Below, piece after piece: positions 1-10,173 of a stretch of 64,000 bases of DNA (the stretch's first letter is position 1; every line of letters starts with the position of its first letter). Location: assembly GCA_977020255.1 (NCBI GenBank), contig CDROCS010001161.1, positions 1 through 64,000 on the forward strand, in the 5' to 3' direction. The stretch is from Obrimoposthia wandeli (taxonomy: Eukaryota). A model generated the notes under the pieces. That model saw only the letters and a program-made list of their open reading frames with translations, was not told where the DNA came from and ran no database searches. The translations under genes and the position numbers were made by a program.

Positions 1-3000
1 ATTGACACAGGATCAAGCGTAACAGTTTTAGACGAATCTTTCTTAAAAACACAACAAAAATTACTTCTTCTTAAGGAAAATAGTCAAATCACAGCAGCAA
101 ACGGTCAACCCGTAAATATAATAGAAAAATTAGACTGTCTTTTTAAAATAGGAAATAAATTCATAAAAATACCTACAGAATAATGTGTCCTTGCCAAATG
201 ATCATAGGATACACTAAGAAAATTAGAGTAATTTCCATTTTGATTTTGAAAAAAATCAAATAAAATACATTTAGACCTAAAGCCAAAAATGAATACGAGT
301 TTAGAAATAAAAGGAGATATCATTCTCCAAGAACAGAAACAATGTTACAACTAGAAACTAACATAATCACAGAAAAAGATGTATTATTTGAACCTTATAA
401 ATATCAACAAAACCTTGAACTACGTTTTGCCAAATATAATTTGTAAATAAAAACAACACAATACCAATCAGAATCCTAAATGCAGACATTAATGTAATTC
501 ATCTCAAGGAAGGAGTACGTCTTGGAAAAATAAGTGTTATTGAAAATATTGAATTAATAGATAATGAAAAAAATAGAAGATAAATCACGATAAATTTTAA
601 CGATATCAAATTAAATGATTATGAAAAATCAAAACTTAAAACTTTAACAGAAAAATATGATGTAATATTTGCTAAAAATGAATACGATTTGGAGTCGAAC
701 AAATTTGATAAAAACAAATCTTCCGTTAACAACAAACACAACAATAACAACGACCCTACCAGAATTTATATGCCTACAGAGATGAGGCTCAAAGACAAAT
801 AAAAGGAATGTTAGAAAATGAAATTGTTAGAAGAAGTTTTACTGCATGGACATCACCTGTTGTTTTAGTAAAAAAAAGAAAAGATGGTTCTTTGAGATTT
901 TGCATAGACTACAGAAAACTAAGCAGAAGTCACTCACAAAAGATGCTTATCCACTGCCAGAGGTGATGAAATATTAGACAAACTAAAAATGCACAAGTAT
1001 TTACAACTTTAGATTTACAGAGTGGATACTGGCAAAATAGAAATTGAGGAGTCAGATAAATATAAAACAGCTTTCTCAACAGGAGAAGGATTGTATGAAT
1101 TCAATATCTTACCATTTGGATTAACCGGAGCTCCAGCAACATTTAAAATCATATGAGCCATATTTTTAATGGATGCAGATCACGTAATGGTATATATCGA
1201 CGACATTCTTATTTTTCAAAAATTTTGAAGAACATTTAAAAGATTTAGAAAACGTATTCTTAAGATTACAGGTAGCAGGATTAAAACTAAAACCAAAAGA
1301 AATGTGAATGGATAAAAATAAAGTAAATTACTTAGGACATGCTGTATCAGCAAAGGAATACAACCAGACGAGAGTAATGTGAAAAAAGATTAAAAATTTT
1401 CAATCAAAAACAGTAAAATATACAGGAATTTTTGGACTTGCAGGATATTATCGTAAATTTATTAGAGAAATTTCGCCCAAATAGCAATACCATTAAATAA
1501 ACTTATTAAAAAAAATGAAAAATTTGAATGGGAAAAAAACAACAAAAGAATCTTATGAATATTTAAAACAAAAATTAATCGAAAAACCTATACTTAGATA
1601 TCCTAATTTTTAATAACTCATTTTTTAGTTATGACTGACGCCAGTGGTTATGCGTTAGGAGCAGTTTTAAGGACAACAGGAAAATAACGAAAAGATCATG
1701 TGATAGCATATGCGAGCAGAGGTCTTAAAAAACATGAGAAAAGAATTACTCAACGATAGAAAGAGAATGCCTAACTATTTAGCTTCGCAATGGAACATTT
1801 TAAACATTACTTATTAGGTCGAAAGGTTTATGTTTACACAGATCAAAACCATTACAATGGCTTTTTAAATCATAAGGATAACATCTGATTAATGAGATGG
1901 GCATTGATTTTACAAAAATATGATATTGAAATAAAATATAGAAAAGGAAAATCTAACGCTAATGCCCAGATTGTCTATGCGAATAAGAGAAGAAATAAAC
2001 GAAATAACTACAAACGACATCGAATTAAATCTTTTTACAATAATTCAAGCTAAATATGATGAAAAAGTAATTACTAAACTTCAAAGAAAGCAAAGATAAT
2101 GAAATTCAGCAAATAACTTAAATACATTAGCACAAACGAAGTACCAACAGATGAAAAATTAGAAAAACATTTAAAAATTCACGAATCACGATACAAATAT
2201 AGTAATGAAATATTATATTATTTAAATGACAAAATCTATATTCACTAGTTATTCCTAAAGAAATTCAGTGTCAATTACTTCTTCAATATCATAATGGAGC
2301 CCTAGGAGGACATTTATCATCAAAAAAGACACATTCACGATTAAATTTAAAATACTATTGGATTGACATGAAAGAAGATGTAAAAAATTGGTTTAAAACA
2401 TGTGAAATATGTCTTAAACGGAAAAATACTTTACGTACCACAAAAATACCTTTAAAACCAATACCTTATCCATCAGCCCCCATGGAAACTGTTGCCATGG
2501 ATGTAATGGGACCATTACCTGAAACACCTCGAGGAAATCGATATATAATAGTATTTTCTGATTATTTTACAATATGGCCAGAGGCTTTTCCAACACATGA
2601 TCATAAGGCTGAAACCATCGCGAAGGTTTTAGTCGAAAAAATTATTTTTACTTTCGGTGCACCCCGAAAATTATTAACCGACAAAGGTCCTGAATTTATA
2701 AATAATGTATTAGCGTCAATAGCTGAAATTTTTCACATAAAAAAGATCAATACAACACCATATCACCCTCAAACTGACGGGTTAGTAGAAAGATTTAATA
2801 GAACCCTCGAAGATATGATGGCATCATACACAAACAACAACCAAACAGATTGAGATTTACACATACCTCCATGCCTTTTTGCATATAGAACATCAGTACA
2901 TGCATCCACAGGAGAAACACCTTTTTATCTTATGTTCCTCAGAGATCCTCAAATGCCTATTGACCTAACATTACTACAACCTACTACACAATATTTAGAA

Positions 3001-3408
3001 ATACTTGAATATAAAATAGAAATTAGAGAAAGAATAAAACTAACATTCGAAAAAGCTAAACTATTTGTAAAAAACATACAAGAAAATTACAAAGAATATT
3101 ATGATAGAAGAACTAAGCCATCAAATATAAAAAGCGGAAGTAAAGTGATGATTCACAATCCACAAATTAATGTAGGATTGTCTCACAAATTATCAAAACC
3201 ATACAAAGGACCATATACAGTCATTAGTACCAACGGAACCAACATAACAACTAAACTAGATAATGAACCAAAATCAAAAGAAATAAGAGCACATATAAAC
3301 AGATGTCGAGAAATACCTGAGGAGAATACAAAAGTAAAAAGTCACAAATATAACTTAAGATCAACTAATGATAATACAGTTCTACAAATGTTGACAATAA
3401 AAAACTAA
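1..3408 (+). pseudogene. pol: Ty3/Gypsy pol (protease, RT, RNase H, integrase) with several frameshifts and stops
   Basis: IDTGSS at 1; [39 protein letters not shown] and YIDD at ~845-1210; TDASGYALGAVL and IAYASR at ~1630-1720; zinc finger H..GH/CEIC; integrase core 2368-2853 (MDVMG, TDKG, GLVERFN); GPY motif in 2932-3408. Confidence 0.97.
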
Positions 3409-3459
3409 CAAAAACAAAATAAAACTATTTTGAGTCATCAAACCAGAAATACAATAAAA

Positions 3460-4718
3460 ATGTCAATAAAAGAAATTGGTAAAATAATGATGTTATTGAT
3501 AATATATTTTACAATAAAATATAACCTACTGAAAGTAAACGCAACAAACATAAATGACAATCAATCAATCATACAACAACAAACAAATAAATACGACTCA
3601 ACAACTCATCTCATAAATATTTTGGACTAATAACAATAATACCTGAAATCACATCAATAAAGTTAAAAATTTCTCTTCTTACAAACAAAACAGGAAATGT
3701 ACAAATCACACAAACAGATAGAAAACAAAATATAATTATTTCAGGAATAAAATCACAAAAATATACAATACCATTTTTAAGAACAGAAACACAATATAAA
3801 ATAAGAATTAAGTCGAAATTAAAAAATATAACACTCTATGAAAGAATTATAGAAACTCACATATACCTAGCATCAATATTAAAAACAACAGCAAAATATA
3901 TATCAAAACATAAAATAATGATAAAATGGGAATTTCAACTAAAAATAGATGACTTAGATAAAGCCCTCATTAGAATTAGATATAGAGGACATAATGCTAA
4001 TTTTTGGAAAGACTCAGAAAAACAATTAGAAAATACACAAACTAAAACAAATTTAACCATAGAAAATATAAGATATCCAGAGAAAATAATAATGGATAAT
4101 AGAGAATGCCTTTTTTTTTTAAATCTTTTCACTAATAAACCAATAATGTACAGACAATGGAGTCAAAAGTTTGAAAGTTATAACAATCTAACAAAATTAA
4201 CAATTTTAGGAAATAAGATATCCAAACTATATCAACCTACAATTTTTTGTGGTCGTTGGTCACCAGTAAAAATTAAGAAATATGTTAAAGAAATAACCAC
4301 AAAACAAATGCTACATACCACAACATTTACATCAAAAATTTACAGAGTTACAAATCAAGTTGAAATTACGGAGAAAATAAGAATTAAATTAAAATTAAAA
4401 ACAACAAAAACAATATCCTATAAATCATTTATTGAAAGTTTAAAAATGCACTATGGTAAACAAGAACATTCAAGGAATGAAGATAAAAAAGAACTTATAA
4501 TAATAGTTATAGTAATCGAAATAATTACATTTATAAATCAAATATCATGGAGAATGTTAATTTTGAAACATACAAAAATGATAGAAACAAAACAACGAAA
4601 ACACTTTTGTGGCCCCCCAGGCCCTTTTACTATTTATATTATTCCCAAGGATGAGAATTCTTCAGAATTATCCATAAATACTGTAATAGAAAATAGGAAA
4701 AGAAATATAACACAATAA
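3460..4718 (+). pseudogene. Post-pol ORF: predicted type I membrane protein with FN3-like segments; one frameshift near 3620
   Basis: Signal-like MMLLIIYFTIKYNLLKVNA; the frame of ORF 3918-4718 is open back to ~3620; FN3-like KYTIPFLRTETQYKIRIKS and IMIKWEF...IRIRYRG...W...NLTIENI; N-glycosylation sequons; hydrophobic LIIIVIVIEIITFI near the C-terminus. Confidence 0.55.
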
Positions 4719-4912
4719 TCAAATCCTTTTTAAATAAAACCATTTAAGTAACAAAAAATGTTAGTACTATTAAGTAAATCTAAATTAGTTAGGAAATAGA
4801 ATAAAAATTTGATATGTGTATATTTTAAAGACGATTTAATGAAATAATATTAAAATAAAATCACCAGGAAACGCATCCTGAAATTTAATAATGGTTATTT
4901 TTAGATATAAAA

Positions 4913-5308
4913 ATGAACAGATTGGCAAAAGTTTGTAAAAAATGCAAAAAATTAGAGAAAAAGATTCGAGTAGTTTCCAGACAGCATGACGACTACTATA
5001 TAAAGATCACAACTCAAAATGAATCACTGAAACAGTCAATAAAACAAAGTGTGGAAGAAAAATTGAATAATGATATGACAATTGACGAACTAGAAGGGAG
5101 ATTAACATATAGTTTTGGCAGAATAGACTATTTAATACAACAAACTTTAAGTCAACGATCAACTATAGCCTCATTAAGAAGACAAATGATGACCTATAGC
5201 GATATGATAAACTTTTATATGACCATTAATCCTACTATCCCAACTAATACAACACTTGATGATGGATATGACTCGGATATGAACATTGGTGAACAAAATT
5301 CTGGTTAA
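4913..5308 (+). CDS. 131-aa hypothetical cargo protein with N-terminal CxxC and probable coiled coil
   Basis: Intact ATG-to-stop ORF with AAAATG context inside the element; heptad-like helical middle; acidic tail. Confidence 0.5.
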   Translation: MNRLAKVCKKCKKLEKKIRVVSRQHDDYYIKITTQNESLKQSIKQSVEEKLNNDMTIDELEGRLTYSFGRIDYLIQQTLSQRSTIASLRRQMMTYSDMINFYMTINPTIPTNTTLDDGYDSDMNIGEQNSG

Positions 5309-5476
5309 ACTATAACCATACATCCTTCTTTTGTACAAATTGTCTAACTTTTTATTAATAAGTTTATTTTCATGACAAATCCCACATACTGCATGGATAA
5401 GACTGATATTTTTATAACTTTAAGACTGTGAAATAATTATATTATTGTATTCAACTAACAAATTGATTAAAGCAGA

Positions 5477-6645
5477 ATGGATAACAATCACCTGGATATG
5501 ACTCCAGACCAGCTCACTCGGTCAGATCAAACAAAAAGCACAGCAAAAATAGAAAGAGGAAAAACGGAAAATATGCCAGAAAGGTGGTATTTAGCAAAAT
5601 TCCTGTATCAAAAGATGCGTCAATTTAGCATTGCATACTTTAGAAACAACGGAGGAAGAAAAATGTTTTCAAATCAAACATTTCTTCCTAATAAGTTAAA
5701 AATTACCACAGAAGAAAGAACAAGCGCACTTATTTTTTCCAATGAAAAAAGACCAACCATATGGCTCTCAGCGAAATATTCCCCGATATTAATTGTGAAA
5801 AAATAGATATTCACGTGGCACTAGGAGTGGCCCATTTAAAAACCAAATCAGATAAGACATTAAACTTTCTGATGATAGGAAATCACACCTACACCTTACA
5901 AGCAGCTCAATTAGAAAATTAATATAGCATAAAAATAGGAAGAGGACCAAATCTATTATTTATAGAAAAAATAAGAAAAGCAGAAGAACCTCAACAAATA
6001 GCCCTTTTCGAATTAAAAAACGCACAGAAACCAGCAATTTTATTCCTCGATTGCGAAATGGTGATATCAGTAGATAAACAGCCAGTTTTAGCAAGTGTTT
6101 CTATTATAAATTACATAGGTAACGTAATTATAGATACACTGTGCATAACTAGAGATAGAGTAAGAAATTACGTTACTAGAATAACTGGACTGTCAGATAG
6201 AAAGTTACAAGGATGTAGAGATGCTGATGAAGTAATTGAGGAAGTAAAAAACATTGTGTATGGTAACATCATCGTAGGTGTGGGACTAACAAACGATTTA
6301 AAAGCTTTACGCCTACAGAAATGAATGTTATTCAACATTGTTGATTTAGGAATATCTAAAAGCATAAAATCAGAACTAAATCACAATCACCCAAATATTG
6401 GACTCGCCAACATGGTGCGGAAATACTTAAATATAGAAACACAAAAAGGAGTCCACACTAGTATGGAAGATGCAAATCACACCCGAAAGATTTTCATAAT
6501 AAAGGAGGAAATGTTGAATAGAGAGTTTGATTTGACCGAGGTGATGAATCCACCATCTAGCGAGAACAACCCCAGTTCATCGTTCTCACATAAGACCGGA
6601 AACTCGGAGTCCGGTACACAAAACTCCCCGATTTTGTTGGATTAA
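5477..6645 (+). pseudogene. Cargo ORF ending in a REX4/ISG20-family DEDDh 3'-5' exonuclease (frameshift ~5760-5800, stops at 5920 and 6322)
   Basis: ExoI FLDCEMV (6043-6063), NYVTRITGL, ExoII IVGVGLTNDLKAL, ExoIII HTSMEDA; ORFs 6058-6324 and 6325-6645 are in one frame, separated by a single TGA. Confidence 0.88.
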
Positions 6646-7064
6646 GGTAGTATTATTATTATTTTTATTCTGTTTTCATTCTTGTCTAAATTTTTAACGA
6701 TATTTAACCAGACATGATTGTGATTAGTAAAACATTGATCAGTTATAAGTTATATAACTTACAAATAATAACATATAACATACAAACAACACTAGTTAAC
6801 AATAGAAACAAGACAAAATAGCTTTACTAATAATTAAGAAAAAAATTATAATTCTGAGGACAGAGACTTTTATGACCCTGAGGATTGTTGGGAAAATATT
6901 AAAGCTATTTATTTAAAAAAATATATAAATATATATATAAAATTTTTAAAAAGTAAAAAAAAAAGAATTAATTAATTAAAGAATTAATTAAGAACTTTCC
7001 TTAATTAGGGAAAAGTTCTATTTTGAAAATATGCACTTTGGCATTTTAGTCTCTAGATAAATCA

Positions 7065-7116
7065 ATCTCCGACGGGAAAAAAGCCCGTTTCGCCCTGCCG
7101 GGCTCATCAGGGAGAT
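7065..7116 (-). ncRNA. Type I hammerhead ribozyme, canonical core, GUC cleavage site
   Basis: Minus strand reads AUCUCC-CUGAUGA-GCCC(GGCA)GGGC-GAA-ACGGG(CUUUUUU)CCCGU-C-GGAGAU. All core nucleotides and all three stems are perfect. Confidence 0.95.
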
Positions 7117-7535
7117 GGCTTGTTATCTCTGACTTTGCGGTGGATTCCGCGAAGCCAGAGATAACAATAATAAAGCCAGGGAAGAGGGAAAGATTCCCCT
7201 TTCATGTGCCGACGAATATCGTCGACAAGTGATGTTAGTGTGCGCAAGTGCACAATTCAACACACACACACTCACTCAACTTCTTTACTCACTCACAACT
7301 CACTCAACATTAACACTCACATACTCACTTACATACTCATCTCACTACTCACTCACTATTATCTGTGTGCGGTTTTTATTCCTGCAGTCAGATTGGAGGA
7401 TTTCGTCTCTGGGAAGAACTGCATAATTATCAATACTGCTGCAGTAATGATATAAATAGCAGCAATGGCCATTCAAAAATATATGGTTATTTTACTACAA
7501 ATTGGATCATAAAAATCATATGTTATTTTACTACA

Positions 7536-7827
7536 AATTGGATAATTGATATCAACCTATTATTTGTTGCCAGAAATTGGATAATTGATATCAACCTATT
7601 ATTTGTTGCCAGAGTTGGATAATTGATATCAACCTATTATTTGTTGCCAGAGTTGGATAATTGATATCAACCTATTATTTATTGCCAGAAAATTGGATAA
7701 TTGATATCAACCTATTATTTGTTGCCAGAAACTGGATAATTGATATCAACCTATTATTTATTGCCAGAGTTGGATAATTGATATCAACCTATAAATTATT
7801 GCCAAAATTGGATAATTGTTATTAACC
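7536..7827. repeat. Tandem array, 38-39 bp unit, about 7.5 copies, inside LTR A1
   Basis: Unit TTGGATAATTGATATCAACCTATTATTTGTTGCCAGAG. Confidence 0.95.
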
Positions 7828-8000
7828 AAAAAATATTTATTTGCTGAATATATTATTAAAGAAAACAATTTTTTTATTTTTCTCTCATTTATAACATGTG
7901 TGTGAATTCATAGAACTTTATTAAAGATAAACGTAGTTGTGATTAGTTTACCAAATTAGAATTGATCATGTTGTGTCATATATACGATACTTTTTAGATT

Positions 8001-8964
8001 TGTAAGGAGTAGGATTTTAATATTTATATAAATAATTAATTATTTTATAAGAAAATAAAACCTTGAAAGCTAGAATATTGATTTCCATTAAATACCAAAT
8101 TGAATATTGATTTTCTTTAAATACCATTTTGAATATTGATTTCCGTTAAATATCGTTTCAAGATTGATTCTCACTTAATACCAATTTGAATATTGATTTC
8201 TGTTAAACATAATTTTGAAGATTGAATTCCATTAAATACTAGTTTGAATATTGATTTCAATTAAATATCTTTTGAATATTGATTTCCGTTAAATATCGTT
8301 TCAAGATTGATTCTCACTTAATACCAATTTGAATATTGATTTCTGTTAAACATAATTTTGAAGATTGATTTCCATTAAATACCAATTTGAATATTGATTT
8401 CCGTAAACATCATTTTGAAGATAGATTTTCATTAAATACCAATTGAATATTGATTTTCATTCAATATCATTTTGAAGTTTGATACCCATTAAATTTAATT
8501 TTAAATAGGGAAGTACGGTAATTTTTCCTACGTCCAAAGTTTGGACCCTAAATGTTAGAGCAAATTTCTCAGAAATTAGAAGCGTGCAAATTATTAGATA
8601 CGTTTAAAATCGATACGTTAAGACATCCCCATTTGTGTGACGTTTAGTGCAGTAGTTAGGACTAATTGTTGTAATTTTTAGGAACCTAGTTAGAGTGTAT
8701 TGAACAAATCCCTACAACTGGGCAAGTACCAACCCACCATACACTACACCACAATAAGGGAAATTGTCCAGTACCCCATGCACACAACTCTTTACACATA
8801 TCCACAACACAGATTGTAAACAAAACCTTCAGATTATAAATTGAGACAGATAAGATTAAAATCTAAATAGGCCACGAACAACTGCAAGCCCTATTGCTAT
8901 AGAACTCACGTTGGGGGCCTCCATACGAGGATCTATTTAAGAGTTTCAAGTAGAAACCCCAACA
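8001..8964 (+). mobile_element. Solo LTR family B copy 1 (internally shorter)
   Basis: TGT...CCCCAACA flanked by TSD GATT (7997-8000 and 8965-8968); its 3' part is the reverse complement of the starts of the 12868 and 34057 copies. Strand is relative only. Confidence 0.88.
8073..8490. repeat. About 29-bp tandem array with a ~143-bp higher-order repeat
   Basis: Unit GAATATTGATTTCCATTAAATACCAATTT; the variant block starting at 8131 recurs at 8274. Confidence 0.9.
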
Positions 8965-10058
8965 GATTTATTTTTCAGAAAATATAACTTTAAAAATGAT
9001 TTTGTTACATATTTGAGGAACAAAAAAAGTTCTTGAGGTTATAATTTTAGGATAAAAGGTACTTTGGGTAAATTTTTAGTTTGTAGTAAAAATAAATTTT
9101 GGATTGATGCAGATAACTCATTTCAAATTTCTGTTGTGGTTGTTAAGCCAAATAAAAATTTTAAACAACAAAAACTATTTAATTATTTTTCTTACAGCTC
9201 AATATTTAGTACTTGGACCCTGTTTTCGAATCACATTAATTAATTATATTAATCACTACCTGATAGAGAATTTGAAATTTTTTTGGGAAACGATAACCAA
9301 CTTTCCACAATGTTTTCAAATTAGATTTTCTATATTACAATAGTTTCTTAATTACAATATTTTCTACGAGGTTTAAATTGAGGCTGTTAAATGTCCAAGC
9401 CCTTAAACCTATATTGATAGTTTTAAAAAGTCCTTGGTAAATTTTGATCGGTGAACATAAGCTCTTTGAAATGCTGCTTTGTATTTTAAATTTAGTATTA
9501 ATTTTTCTTTTAAAATGCATTTAATTGTCATTCATTATAAAAAGTATCATATGAGAATTTAATATATGGTTAATTTAATGGAAAAATTGAAATTGAGAGT
9601 TTGACGAATCGATATTTTAATTCTGCTCGGTTAAGATTCAAATCGCCGTCAAACGTGAATTATCTGTCCTATTTTGAGATAAAATCAATCACCTAATTGA
9701 CTTTTTTCACTTTAAAATATAACATTAAAAAATCCTAATGATAATTTGAAATTTTTAAAACTTAAACAAATTATTTTAAGGATTCGTTTCGATTTATGTT
9801 TGTATAAATAATTCGTGCAATAATTGTGGTAGAATTATTTCAATTCACTTGTCAAAAATATTAAAAAATGGATTTTTATTTTGAATTATCTGCAGATAAA
9901 CTAAAAATTCATATAATATAAATCTGTCAATAAAGCTATTGAATTTTTATATTCATTATTATTAGTTTAAACTATTTAATATATTTACAAAAACTATAGA
10001 CACGTCTGGAATAATATTGAATGTACATGTAGATTTTCTCATTCTGCGATGAAATGGT

Positions 10059-10173
10059 AAACAGTTTTAGCTAAATAACCATATTTTACTAAGTAGAAGA
10101 TGTCAAAATTTTTAAAAATAAAACAGTTTTAGCTAAATAACCATATTTTACTAAGTAGAAGATGTCAAAATTT
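10059..10173. repeat. 53-bp direct duplication
   Basis: 10059-10111 is repeated at 10121-10173. Confidence 0.9.

Larger units (their letters stand above)
1..7896 (+). mobile_element. Ty3/Gypsy LTR retrotransposon, cut off at the window start; decayed pol, extra cargo ORFs, hammerhead-bearing 3' LTR
   Basis: Domain order PR-RT-RH-IN, followed by ORFs at 3460-6645, a 3' UTR and a TGT...ACA LTR at 6886-7896. Confidence 0.93.
6886..7896 (+). repeat. LTR family A copy 1 (3' LTR of the Gypsy element)
   Basis: TGTTGG...ATAACA; preceded by gaggacagagacttttatgaccctgaggat, which resembles the sequence before copy 4; shares hammerhead and hairpin with the other copies. Right end inferred. Confidence 0.78.

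Noticed and set aside
7536-7827. Regular 38-bp repeats as a possible CRISPR array
   Set aside because: Head-to-tail with no unique spacers, no cas genes, eukaryotic context. The same applies to 27501-28075.
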